From Crocinitomicaceae bacterium (GTDB lineage: Bacteria; Bacteroidota; Bacteroidia; Flavobacteriales_D; Crocinitomicaceae), in contig JBFYPU010000024.1 in assembly GCA_041303175.1 (NCBI GenBank), positions 1 to 57,212 of the forward strand: DNA of 57,212 nucleotides. The letters are read 5' to 3'. The position numbers and the translations under genes were made by a program. The notes beneath the pieces were generated by a model. It was not told the origin of the DNA, searched no databases, and worked only from the letters and a program-made list of their open reading frames with translations. Positions 45,780 to 55,328 of this stretch are shown here, one piece after another (position 1 is the stretch's first letter; each line of letters opens with the position of its first letter).

Positions 45780-46239
45780 CATACTAATTGCGCTAATTGC
45801 GATGCTTCTCACAGCATGTGGGGAGCAACCATATTATGAAAAAGTCGTGGCGTTTGAAGGGCGTGAATGGAATCAAAATGTGAAACCAAGCTTTTCTTTT
45901 GAAGTAAAAGACATCAACAAAGAATACGATTTTACGCTTTCATTGCGCACGTCCACAGAGTATAAATACAGCAATTTGTGGATCTTTATGAAAACAGTTA
46001 CCCCCGACGGAACCGTTGCACGAGAGCCATTTGAACTAAAAATCACCGACGAATCGGGCGCGTGGATTGGCGAAAAATCGGGATCTGTTGTCACAACACC
46101 GCTCACCTTTCGGAGCAGAAAATTGCCGAAAAAGGGAAAATACACCTTCACGATAGAGCAAGGAATCACACAGTCAAAAGTCAAGGATGTGCACGATCTC
46201 ACTTTCCGTGTTGAGGAGAGTAAAAAAGATCAAAACTAG
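45763..46239 (+). CDS. gldH: Gliding motility lipoprotein GldH
   Basis: 158 aa. Lipobox LLTAC, plus the YDFTLSLRTSTEYKYSNLWIF pattern that I recall from Flavobacterium GldH. It overlaps the PSP1 gene by 17 nt. Confidence 0.75.
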   Translation: MRKKTSILIALIAMLLTACGEQPYYEKVVAFEGREWNQNVKPSFSFEVKDINKEYDFTLSLRTSTEYKYSNLWIFMKTVTPDGTVAREPFELKITDESGAWIGEKSGSVVTTPLTFRSRKLPKKGKYTFTIEQGITQSKVKDVHDLTFRVEESKKDQN

Positions 46240-46259
46240 AAGTCTTAATAAAAAAGAAA

Positions 46260-46286
46260 CGGTCTAAATGAATTTCACTTAGACCG
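46260..46286 (-). terminator. Hairpin between convergent genes; probable terminator, best fitting the minus-strand gene
   Basis: CGGTCTAA (46260-46267) pairs with TTAGACCG (46279-46286). A T-rich run follows only on the minus strand. Confidence 0.45.
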
Positions 46287-46369
46287 CATTGAGTACGTAT
46301 ACTGTTTTCGTAAACGATGTCCAGTAGAATTTAAAAGAGGACAATGAGCCCTAATCTACTCATCATCAA

Positions 46370-47053
46370 TCACTTCTTTTTCTTTTTCTTTGATGATCCA
46401 AATTTATACCCGTAAGACAGTGCAAGCACATGTCGCTTGTTTTTGGATTTATCTACATCAACATCCAACTGATACTTTACGGAAAATTTGTGTGGACCAT
46501 CCAATTCGAAGTCAAGGCCAGCAGCGGCACGAAGTTTTGAATAACCCCGGTCTGGACCAAACTGAGGATCAAAAAAGAACTCAGTACTGAAGGTCGGCGC
46601 AAGAATGCTCTTGTCGATATCATACGAACCACCGAGCTTCAAACGAAATGCTTGATCAAATTCAATATCTGAACCCACGGCACCCGACGAACGCCTGAAT
46701 GCATATTGATAACGCAAACGAGCACTCATGTCAAAACGACCGAATCGCTCCTTAAAATTCGCATTGAGGTTGAGCCGATTCCCTGCAGAATAATTGCCAT
46801 ACTTATCTTTATCCATCACCAATCGGTAATCAATGGATGGACTAAACCACTTCTTAACTTTGTATTCAAGTCCAAATTCTGGAAAAAACGTTTCCAATCC
46901 AGCGGAGCCAAAACGCGAATTAAGATCAAACGACCACTTCCAATCTTTCGCAACTTTTCCTGAAGTGCTGAGCTCTGTCCAGACCTGAAATTCATGCTGT
47001 GATTGAGCTGAAACGCCCAAAAAAATAAACGATAAGATTACAAGACCTTTCAT
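46370..47053 (-). CDS. Outer membrane beta-barrel protein (DUF2490-like) with a poly-lysine C-terminal tail
   Basis: 227 aa. Signal peptide, then alternating beta patterning to ...LALSYGYKF, followed by GSSKKKKKK. The family name comes from memory only. Confidence 0.6.
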   Translation of the reverse strand: MKGLVILSFIFLGVSAQSQHEFQVWTELSTSGKVAKDWKWSFDLNSRFGSAGLETFFPEFGLEYKVKKWFSPSIDYRLVMDKDKYGNYSAGNRLNLNANFKERFGRFDMSARLRYQYAFRRSSGAVGSDIEFDQAFRLKLGGSYDIDKSILAPTFSTEFFFDPQFGPDRGYSKLRAAAGLDFELDGPHKFSVKYQLDVDVDKSKNKRHVLALSYGYKFGSSKKKKKK

Positions 47054-47069
47054 ACCTTACACCCAACAA

Positions 47070-47477
47070 TTAGTTGATGATAGTAATCGTCCCAACATCC
47101 AACGCTGTTTTCGATTCGGTGATTTCTACCTCTACAAAAACAGGCTCTTTTCCGCTAGCACACGAGTTGCAATCCTGATAAACGAACAGTTTATAACTTC
47201 CCTTTTGGAGATAATTAAACTCAAAACTCCCATCGTAAGATGTTTTTACATCATCATCATAAAATGTTCCATCGTCACCATACATAAGGAATACATCCTC
47301 ATTTTGTGCGTCGTATTCGTTGATAATATTTCCAGCAACATCCTTTACTTCAACACGGATTTTACCCACAATGGAAGAAGATCCACCTGGACCCTCGACT
47401 TTTGCACATGATGAAGAAATAAAGATCAAACCAGCAACAACCACTGAAATTTGGAGAGAGCGTTTAATGAAATTCAT
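47070..47477 (-). CDS. Lipoprotein with a carboxypeptidase-regulatory-like fold
   Basis: 135 aa. Lipobox ISSSC. The segment GKIRVEVKD...DGSFEFNYLQKGSYKLFV is typical of CarbopepD_reg-like domains. Confidence 0.6.
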   Translation of the reverse strand: MNFIKRSLQISVVVAGLIFISSSCAKVEGPGGSSSIVGKIRVEVKDVAGNIINEYDAQNEDVFLMYGDDGTFYDDDVKTSYDGSFEFNYLQKGSYKLFVYQDCNSCASGKEPVFVEVEITESKTALDVGTITIIN

Positions 47478-47625
47478 AAATTACGTTGTTTAAATTAGTG
47501 TTGGGCTTACAACCTTAAGACCCTTTTGAACGTCCTAAAGATAGTAAAACAACAATATATTTAGTAACATTGGGTGAACACTTACGTAAATCACCGTAAA
47601 CGCTTAGTTAATTTTACATTACATT

Positions 47626-50127
47626 ATGGTCTCATCGCGATTTTTTAATATAGCAACACTCTTTTTTGGATTGTTGGTTTCTGGTTCTGCCGCTTCTCAA
47701 ATTGTCATCAACGAATATTCTTGCTCCAATATGAATGGGCCAACGGATGCGTTCGGAGAGCGAGAAGATTGGGTTGAGCTCTACAATGGAACGGGGGCTG
47801 CTGTCGACATTTCAGGCTATTACCTTTCTGATAGAGCGGGAAATCTGTTAAAATGGCAAGTTCCAGCTGGTGTATCAGTTCCCGCAAATGGATATACCAT
47901 GGTGTATGCGTCGAAACGTGATTTGGTTTCAGGAACACAGTTGCATCCAAACTTCTCGTTGACACAAACGAAAGGCGATTGGATCATCTTGTCAAATGCG
48001 CTCGGAAATGTCGTGGATTCATTGAAAATGGTACACATGACAAAAAGTGACCACTCGGTGGGTCGTTCAACAAATGGCGCCGCAGATTGGAAATTGTTCA
48101 CGACACCAACGCCGAATGCAGCAAATGTTGGAGCACAACCGTTCTACACACCAAAGCCCGTTTTTAGCGTACAAGCAGGATTTTATCCAACCGCTCAAAC
48201 GGTTTCCATCACTTGCGCTGAACCAGGAGCAGTCATTCGTTACACATTGGATGGATCTAACCCAACAGCAACATCAACAGCATACACAGGACCGATCAAT
48301 ATTTCAACGACAACGGTGCTTCGCGCTCAGGCCTACGGAGCAAACCTTCCGAGTTTCAACGAAACAAACACCTATTTCATTGGTGTAACTCATCCAATGG
48401 CCGTAATGTCAATTAGTTCTGAAGACGTCGCAACGTTGCTGGGTGGACAGCAGGGACCAAACGTGGTGGGATCTGCCGAGTTGTTTGAAGATGATGGAAG
48501 CTTTGTTGATGAAGGAGAAGGTGATTTCAACGAACACGGAAATGATTCTTGGGCTTATGATCAAAGAGGGTTCGATCTAATTTTGCGAGACCAATTTGGA
48601 GATAACGGCGATTTCGAACACCAAATTTTCCCAATAAAAGAACGGGATGAATTTCAACGCCTTATCTTGAAACCGGCAGCGAACGATAACTATTCATTTG
48701 AAAATGGTGCGCATATACGCGATGCCTTTGTGCATACGCTTTCGCAAGTGGCTGATATGAAAATGGACGAACGAACATCAAGAGCTTGTATCCTGTATTT
48801 AAACGGAGAATATTGGGGAGTTTATGAAATCCGCGAAAAAGTGGATGATAGCGACTTTACCGACATTTATTACGGACAGGGCAAATACGATATCCAATTT
48901 CTAAAAACCTGGGGAGGAACTTGGTCAGAGTTCGGAGGAGCACAAGCGCAAACGGATTGGAATGATCTTGTAGCGTATGTTCTTGCAAATGATTGCGGTA
49001 TTCCCGCTAACTACGATTACGTCGATAGTTTGTTGAATTGGGAGTCATTGTGTGATTACTTCATGTTGAATTCCTACATCGTGTCACAAGACTGGTTGAA
49101 CTGGAACACGGCTTGGTGGCGAGGATTGGATGATACAGGTGACAAACAAAGATGGCGATATGTACTTTGGGACATGGACGCGTCATTTGACCACTATGTA
49201 AATTATACCGGAATTCCAGACCCATCTGCCAATGCAGACCCATGTAATGTGGAAGGCTTGCCAAACCCTGGAGGACAAGGTCATACCGACATCCTCGTTA
49301 AGTTGATGGCAGATACCGCAATCGTCGAACAGTATTATATTACACGTTATATTGATTTGATCAACACCAATTTTTCTTGTGAGCAAATGAATGCACTCTT
49401 GGATAGTATGATCAATGTGATCGATCCAGAGATGAACGCCCAAGTAGCATTGTGGGGAGGAACCTACGCGGGTTGGCAAAGTCGTGTTCAACAATTAAGA
49501 GATTTTATCGATTTGCGTTGCGTCGCGTTGGAGCAAGGTTTGATAAATTGTTACGATCTAACGGGGCCGTATGACATCACATTCGATGTGTCGCCGGCGA
49601 ATTCGGGAGAAATTAAGGTCAATTCCATTTGGCAAAATTCTTTCCCTTGGACGGCAAGCTATTTCGGACAAATCCAAACCAATCTCGTTGCGCGACCATT
49701 AGCAGGCTTTGAATTCGATTACTGGTCAGTGACAACTGGACCGATGATGGGACCATTAGCCGAAGACACCAATGGCATTATGATTAATGGAGTTGAAACG
49801 ATCACAGCACATTTCCGTGAGGTGGGAGACCCTCCAGGTGCGTCAGGCGATGGGATTTATGTGCCAACAGGATTCAGCCCAAATGGTGACGGACAAAATG
49901 AAATCTTCAGTATCTTGGTCGGAGCAGACGTGGAAACATTTACCTTCTTTGTATACGATCGTTGGGGGAATAGAATTGTTCATGCGAAGAATGATCCTGC
50001 CTTCACGTGGGATGGAACATTCAATGGAGAAGAAGTCAACTCTGGTGTCTATCCATATATGTATGAAGTAACATTTACTGACGGAACCCACGAGTGGCAT
50101 TCTGGAAACATCACTGTAATTCGTTAA
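47626..50127 (+). CDS. Secreted LTD (lamin-tail) - chitobiase-C-like - CotH kinase-family protein with a T9SS type-B C-terminal domain
   Basis: 833 aa. LTD (IVINEYSCSN...EDWVELYNGTGAAVDISGYYLSD). CHB_HEX_C-like segment (VIRYTLDGSNPTATSTAYTGPINISTTTVLRAQAY). CotH-like core (LILKPAANDNY, YLNGEYWGVYEIREKVDD). C-terminus VPTGFSPNGDGQNEIFSIL...FTWDGTFNGEEVNSGVYPYMY. Confidence 0.8.
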   Translation: MVSSRFFNIATLFFGLLVSGSAASQIVINEYSCSNMNGPTDAFGEREDWVELYNGTGAAVDISGYYLSDRAGNLLKWQVPAGVSVPANGYTMVYASKRDLVSGTQLHPNFSLTQTKGDWIILSNALGNVVDSLKMVHMTKSDHSVGRSTNGAADWKLFTTPTPNAANVGAQPFYTPKPVFSVQAGFYPTAQTVSITCAEPGAVIRYTLDGSNPTATSTAYTGPINISTTTVLRAQAYGANLPSFNETNTYFIGVTHPMAVMSISSEDVATLLGGQQGPNVVGSAELFEDDGSFVDEGEGDFNEHGNDSWAYDQRGFDLILRDQFGDNGDFEHQIFPIKERDEFQRLILKPAANDNYSFENGAHIRDAFVHTLSQVADMKMDERTSRACILYLNGEYWGVYEIREKVDDSDFTDIYYGQGKYDIQFLKTWGGTWSEFGGAQAQTDWNDLVAYVLANDCGIPANYDYVDSLLNWESLCDYFMLNSYIVSQDWLNWNTAWWRGLDDTGDKQRWRYVLWDMDASFDHYVNYTGIPDPSANADPCNVEGLPNPGGQGHTDILVKLMADTAIVEQYYITRYIDLINTNFSCEQMNALLDSMINVIDPEMNAQVALWGGTYAGWQSRVQQLRDFIDLRCVALEQGLINCYDLTGPYDITFDVSPANSGEIKVNSIWQNSFPWTASYFGQIQTNLVARPLAGFEFDYWSVTTGPMMGPLAEDTNGIMINGVETITAHFREVGDPPGASGDGIYVPTGFSPNGDGQNEIFSILVGADVETFTFFVYDRWGNRIVHAKNDPAFTWDGTFNGEEVNSGVYPYMYEVTFTDGTHEWHSGNITVIR

Positions 50128-50128
50128 G

Positions 50129-51172
50129 ATGAAAAGAGCATTCACATTCGCCGTGGCGTTCTGCGCACTGCAGTTCGTCAACGCACAAGATTTACATTTC
50201 TCGCAAACAGCACAGACTCCCTTATTGATCAATCCAGGAGCGGCTGGTGTTTTTGACGGTTGGGAACGCGTAAACATTAATCATCGCAATCAATGGCTTG
50301 GCGCTGGAACACAATTCATGACGACCTCCATTGCGGCCGATGTTAATTTATGGAAAACGCCTTTCAATGATAGAGCGCATGCTGGTGTAGGAGTGATGTT
50401 TTACAACGATATAGGTGGAGATTCTCGATTTGGCAGTCAAATGGGGTCACTTACCTTGAGTGGAATTTTGCCTATGGGTAAATCAGGGCATATTTTGTCA
50501 GCAGGAATCCAAGGCGGTTTTGGTCAGCGAAAAGCAGACCTCAGTAATGTCGTTTTTCTCAACCAATGGGATGGCGATTCGTTCGATCCAGATATTTTGA
50601 GTGGCGAGCAAAACACGGCAACCTCATTCGCATACATGGATGCATCTGCTGGTGTATACTACGTATATGATGGTGGACAAAATTCCTTCGCAAGAAACAA
50701 TGATTTCAAGTTGCAAATCGGAGTGGCAGGTTATCACCTAAACAAACCGGAATTGCGTTACACAAATGGGTTGAACACGGATCGCTTGCACAGAAAATTT
50801 GTCGCGAACGCAGGAATTGTTGCGGATATTCCTCAAACGGTTTTTGCGATTGACGGCTCAATTGTGCAGTTTGTTCAAGGGTCGCATTATGAAACGTTGC
50901 TCGGTTTAATGTTGCGCTATCGCTTTGAAAATGCAACGAAAATCACAGGAAATAGTCACGATGCCTTCGTTGGTTTTGGATTGTATTCACGAATCAAAGA
51001 TGGTATTATTCCTACAGTAATGGTAGATTGGAGAGGATTTCAATTTGGAATGTCGTATGATGTAACACTCTCTGCCTTGAGAAATGCATACCGTGGAGGA
51101 TCGCTAGAATTTTCATTGTCCTACATCAATCGCAACGATGCATTATTTAAAACACGCAAGCGAAGATTTTAA
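50129..51172 (+). CDS. PorP/SprF-family type IX secretion system membrane protein
   Basis: 347 aa. Signal peptide, the hallmark N-terminus QDLHFSQTAQTPLLINPGAAG, and beta-barrel patterning. It starts 1 nt after the stop of the type-B cargo gene. Confidence 0.85.
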   Translation: MKRAFTFAVAFCALQFVNAQDLHFSQTAQTPLLINPGAAGVFDGWERVNINHRNQWLGAGTQFMTTSIAADVNLWKTPFNDRAHAGVGVMFYNDIGGDSRFGSQMGSLTLSGILPMGKSGHILSAGIQGGFGQRKADLSNVVFLNQWDGDSFDPDILSGEQNTATSFAYMDASAGVYYVYDGGQNSFARNNDFKLQIGVAGYHLNKPELRYTNGLNTDRLHRKFVANAGIVADIPQTVFAIDGSIVQFVQGSHYETLLGLMLRYRFENATKITGNSHDAFVGFGLYSRIKDGIIPTVMVDWRGFQFGMSYDVTLSALRNAYRGGSLEFSLSYINRNDALFKTRKRRF

Positions 51173-51174
51173 CG

Positions 51175-51417
51175 TTAGGATTTCTTGAGTGAACGGAAAA
51201 ACGCGAAGATGCGTTTGTGAAACAAAGCGAAAATCAAAATGTAAGGGAGCGTCATTAAAATGATAATCCCATAATTGATATTGCTACCAAAGGAATCTTC
51301 GTCAAGTTCAGTTCCTTGTTCTGCCAATAATTTGCATTGTGAACATCCTTGTCCAAATGCAACATCCGTTACAGCGAGAGCAACGAGAATGAGAAGAAGA
51401 ATTCGTGCTTGTTTCAT
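51175..51417 (-). CDS. Small membrane protein with a signal peptide, a CxxC motif and a C-terminal TM helix
   Basis: 80 aa. MKQARILLLILVALAVTDVAFGQGCSQCK..., then IIILMTLPYILIFALF. No family recognised. Confidence 0.5.
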   Translation of the reverse strand: MKQARILLLILVALAVTDVAFGQGCSQCKLLAEQGTELDEDSFGSNINYGIIILMTLPYILIFALFHKRIFAFFRSLKKS

Positions 51418-51538
51418 ACTACAAAGTTACGGAATTAGTTTACAACATACAGCAATCTGAGCAGTTCATCAATTGAATGGAGTGCTTGAATGACTCAAAC
51501 AATTCCGCCAAGCGAAAAAATTCGATTAAATTTGTTCC

Positions 51539-52534
51539 ATGAAAATAGCTGTATTAGGAATTGTACTATTGATAGGTCTTCTCGCGTGTAATAACGAGAA
51601 AAAGGAAAAGGAAAACATGTCCATTGACGCGCTCATCGAAAAATACCCGGACAGTGTGGAACTTTTGGTGCAACGAGGACGACAATTTATGTCCACCTTC
51701 GAATTCGATAAGGCGTTGGCTGATGGAACGCGCGCGTTTCGACTAGACAGTACGAAGACCGTTGTCCGACATTTTTATGCCGACGTACTCAATAATAGCC
51801 CGAAAAGAACGGTTGCCGACACCTATCTAGCTCAACGTCATTATAACATACTGCTTAAATCAGACCCAAAAAATCCTGAACTTCTTGTGTCGTTAGCTTC
51901 AACCTATAGTATACAACAAGACTTTGAAAATGCATTTAAATTCATCAATAAGGCCTTGAAAATCAACCCGCGATACCGGGATGGCTACTTGTTGAAGGGC
52001 TCCATTTACCGGGTCCTTGGAAACAACGAATTGATGAAATCATCCTATGAAACGGCGATTCAACAAGATCCTAAATTTTACGAAGCCTACTTGATGTTGG
52101 GTGCGATTTATCAGCAAGAAAACAACAAATTGTGCATCGAATATTTTACCACGGCGGCTCAACTCAAGCCTCGCGAAATAGAAGCGAAATATTCATTAGC
52201 CTACGCGAGGCAACATTTTGGAAAAGAAGAAGATGCCGCACAAATGTACCGTGAAATGGCAAAAGACACCTCTGATTATTATGCTTCACAGGCATGGTTC
52301 CAACTCGGACATATGAAGCAATTTCGATTTGGCGACCTAGATAGCGCGAAATTTTTCTACAAAAAAGCCATTCAAGTGGAACCGCGATTTTTTGAAGCCT
52401 ACCACAATTTAGGCATCTGCTATGATAGAGAAGGCGACAAAACTCAAGCTCTCAAATCCTTCGGAAAGGCGCTGAAGTACAACCCTGAATTCAAATTATC
52501 GAGAGATTACGCTGACAGTATTCGTTTCTTGTGA
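51539..52534 (+). CDS. TPR-repeat lipoprotein
   Basis: 331 aa. Lipobox LLACN and multiple 34-residue TPR-like repeats (for example FENAFKFINKALKINPRYRDGYLLKGSIY). Confidence 0.8.
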   Translation: MKIAVLGIVLLIGLLACNNEKKEKENMSIDALIEKYPDSVELLVQRGRQFMSTFEFDKALADGTRAFRLDSTKTVVRHFYADVLNNSPKRTVADTYLAQRHYNILLKSDPKNPELLVSLASTYSIQQDFENAFKFINKALKINPRYRDGYLLKGSIYRVLGNNELMKSSYETAIQQDPKFYEAYLMLGAIYQQENNKLCIEYFTTAAQLKPREIEAKYSLAYARQHFGKEEDAAQMYREMAKDTSDYYASQAWFQLGHMKQFRFGDLDSAKFFYKKAIQVEPRFFEAYHNLGICYDREGDKTQALKSFGKALKYNPEFKLSRDYADSIRFL

Positions 52535-53124
52535 AAAGCCAACAGGCATATCTCCAACTTATAGGTGACGCCCTAATTCCACTTTTTGGTGCCTTGTTTT
52601 TTGGCTGGGGACTTTATTTTATCCTTATTTATTATTTTTTGGATTTGGCGGCACAGGAATTCATTATTCAGCTTAAATCGAAAAAAATCAATCAATTTAG
52701 TGGTAAAAAGCCGACATTTCTTGCAAATTATACTGCAGTAAGCGTGTTGCTGTTGCTTGTTGGGATTGGATTGATTCATGTGGCCGTTTACTTTATTCAT
52801 CCCACAATTCAGTTTCAACAAGAATGGATGGAGTTTATGACCTACGAGGAATTGGGAATTCCGCAAGGAGTTGTTCTATTGCCGTTAATTGCTTTTGCAG
52901 CCTATCAACAGTATAAAATGACATTTTTGATGCCCGCAAAATTCCGATCCATTCGCTTAGAAGATTTATGGAGGCAGCACCATCAATCTCAACTATTGGT
53001 GCTTGCCGCAGCTGTAATAACCATGGGATTCGCAAAACTTTTCGTGCTTCCTGATTTGGTGTATGTGATGGCAATTGTAATACTGCGTGCTGCATACCAA
53101 TATTGGCAAATTCGTAAACAGTAA
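52531..53124 (+). CDS. Polytopic membrane protein of unknown function
   Basis: 197 aa with about 5 hydrophobic helices. It overlaps the TPR gene by 4 nt (ATGA-type coupling). Confidence 0.6.
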   Translation: MKSQQAYLQLIGDALIPLFGALFFGWGLYFILIYYFLDLAAQEFIIQLKSKKINQFSGKKPTFLANYTAVSVLLLLVGIGLIHVAVYFIHPTIQFQQEWMEFMTYEELGIPQGVVLLPLIAFAAYQQYKMTFLMPAKFRSIRLEDLWRQHHQSQLLVLAAAVITMGFAKLFVLPDLVYVMAIVILRAAYQYWQIRKQ

Positions 53125-53205
53125 ATTCCCTAAGGGAAAATGATCATTTACCAAGATCGAATGCAATTATTTTAATTAATTTTAGTGTCCAAACTAATTT
53201 ACATT

Positions 53206-53496
53206 ATGAAAAAACTATTGATCGTTTTTGCTGCTGGTGCGCTTTTGGCATCGTGTAGCTCTACACAGGACAAAGAAGCAGCAGCAGGGTTTTGCGATTG
53301 TTTCAACATGCAAGCCGCAGCAGAATCTACTGATTTCACGGAATTGATGGCGGGAGTTGAGAAAATGACTACATGCGTGAAAGATTGGCAAACTAAATTC
53401 GAGGGAAAAATTTCGAAAGAAGGATTCAGCGAAGAGTTGAAAAAAGTATGTCCAGATGCGCATGCTTCAGCTGAAGAAATGGGTGTTTTTAAATAA
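53206..53496 (+). CDS. Small lipoprotein of unknown function
   Basis: I moved the start to MKKLLIVFAAGALLASC (ATG 53206), because the track ORF begins at an upstream GTG. Lipobox LLASC. Confidence 0.6.
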   Translation: MKKLLIVFAAGALLASCSSTQDKEAAAGFCDCFNMQAAAESTDFTELMAGVEKMTTCVKDWQTKFEGKISKEGFSEELKKVCPDAHASAEEMGVFK

Positions 53497-53512
53497 CAAT
53501 CTCGTTTAATTT

Positions 53513-53548
53513 TAAAAACGCGCGGGAGTTAACTCCCGCGCGTTTTTT
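53513..53548. terminator. Bidirectional rho-independent terminator
   Basis: Perfect 10-bp stem CGCGCGGGAG (53518-53527) / CTCCCGCGCG (53532-53541) with loop TTAA. It is flanked by an A-run upstream and a T-run downstream, between convergent genes. Confidence 0.8.
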
Positions 53549-53589
53549 TATGTTAAGTGGTGCGTATTTCTAAACGCGTGCCTACTTTT

Positions 53590-55320
53590 TTAAAATCTAA
53601 ACGTTACACCGCCTAAAATTTGGAAACTTTGAACAGGGAAATTGTACCAACGCATGTACCGCTGAGATGCCAAATTGTTTGTTTGAACAAAAGCAGAAAT
53701 GCGCGGACTGTAGCGGTATTCGACCCCAAGGTTGGCATCCGCCAAGAAATTTAAGGATTGAATAAATTGTCCATTCTCCTCTGTTACTCCTTCACCTGCT
53801 GCATACACCAATGCGCGACGACCTTGCTCCATATTCAAATCGAGATTGATCACAAATTTGTCGAACAAATTGTACGATCCACGCAACACAACTTCCAAGT
53901 TTGGTTTGTTCCACGCGTAACTGTTGTTAAGCAAATTGTAGGAATGGTACCGAACAATTACATCTGCTTTGATCTTTTCTTTCAATTGGTAAGAAAGACT
54001 TCCTTCAATTGTAGCAACATTTGCCGTGTCGTAGATAATTCCAAATTTATTACCGAGCGAGAACGTCGTATCTGTCACGAAAAGCGCCATGTCTTTGATG
54101 TTGGCGAAGTTTGCGCCCAAATTAAAACTCACACGTTTACTCAATGTTCCTTTTAGTCCTCCGTAAAAATCAATCGCTTTGTGCTCGTTTCGAAGTTCCA
54201 CGTTTGGCAGTAAAAACTCGTTTTGCGCCGTCATGGATTTGAACGTGTTTTGGGTCATTCCACCACGAATTCCAATGTACGGAATGAAAATGTCGTTGAA
54301 CATGCTGTATTTCACTTCGGCAAGCGGGTAGAGGTGTGCACGGGTTTTTTCTCGGGCATCGAAAACAATGTCCAGTCCAACTTTTGCACGGAACCGGTCA
54401 TTTTTGAATTGGGTGGTAATCGTAGGTTTGAAGTTTACCAAGGCGTTGTTCATCACAATTCCAGAATCCAATACGTTTGAGTAAGCCGAATCTAGCGTTC
54501 CGTATTTGTAGCCATTGTAACGAATGTTGAATTCTCCGGCAAAAATATTATTTCCTTGTTTGTACCAAGCTCCCGTTTCAATGTTGAAGGCATTTTCACG
54601 TGCACGCCAATCGGTGAAGGAAGCATCTCGCGGTTTTTTTGACAAGAAATTATTGTACTCAATTCCCAGATTGTAATTGAGCGTTGCGCTGTCTTTTTTG
54701 TGTGAGAAATAGGTGAAATCAAAACCCGTATCGCTATAACGCTGATTCAAACTGTCGTTGGCAACCCCAAGCGTATCGGAAATTCCATAGTAATGTAAGC
54801 CCTGATTGTTGTAATGGAAATTTCCACGGAGTGCGTATTTGCTTTCATTGATACCACCATAGAGATTGAACCGCGTTCTGTCATAGGTTGCTGTTGCCAA
54901 ATCTTCGAAATCGCCCAATGAGCTGAGGTGTTTCAAATGGGCGCCATACAACCACTTGCGCGATCGTGTGGCATCAAAGAAGATTTCACCCAATGGCATA
55001 ATTCCATTCGTTGCGAAGTCTGTTCCAACACCCAATTTGACATACGTTTTGTATAAGGGATTTAACTTATCAACAGTACGAATGGAAACAGGACTAATTT
55101 GGTTAACATCTGCCTCAGTTGCATATTTTAAAGGCAATAACGGATAATCAACAACAGCCATTGGAATGGTCGTGTCAATAATTGTTGGACTGATTGCGAT
55201 GCGGTAGGCAGGCTCCAATTTACGTGTTGCGTTACCGATTATAGTAGATTCGTCTTCTTGCGCTTGTGCCGATAAGGTTACGGCCAAGAATGCGAAGAAT
55301 GTAAGTGCTAAATTTTTCAT
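53590..55320 (-). CDS. Large outer membrane beta-barrel protein (putative porin family)
   Basis: 576 aa. Signal peptide MKNLALTFFAFLAVTLSAQA, extensive alternating aromatic/polar beta patterning, and C-terminal beta-signal GGVTFRF. Confidence 0.7.
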   Translation of the reverse strand: MKNLALTFFAFLAVTLSAQAQEDESTIIGNATRKLEPAYRIAISPTIIDTTIPMAVVDYPLLPLKYATEADVNQISPVSIRTVDKLNPLYKTYVKLGVGTDFATNGIMPLGEIFFDATRSRKWLYGAHLKHLSSLGDFEDLATATYDRTRFNLYGGINESKYALRGNFHYNNQGLHYYGISDTLGVANDSLNQRYSDTGFDFTYFSHKKDSATLNYNLGIEYNNFLSKKPRDASFTDWRARENAFNIETGAWYKQGNNIFAGEFNIRYNGYKYGTLDSAYSNVLDSGIVMNNALVNFKPTITTQFKNDRFRAKVGLDIVFDAREKTRAHLYPLAEVKYSMFNDIFIPYIGIRGGMTQNTFKSMTAQNEFLLPNVELRNEHKAIDFYGGLKGTLSKRVSFNLGANFANIKDMALFVTDTTFSLGNKFGIIYDTANVATIEGSLSYQLKEKIKADVIVRYHSYNLLNNSYAWNKPNLEVVLRGSYNLFDKFVINLDLNMEQGRRALVYAAGEGVTEENGQFIQSLNFLADANLGVEYRYSPRISAFVQTNNLASQRYMRWYNFPVQSFQILGGVTFRF

Positions 55321-55328
55321 GGTCGTTC

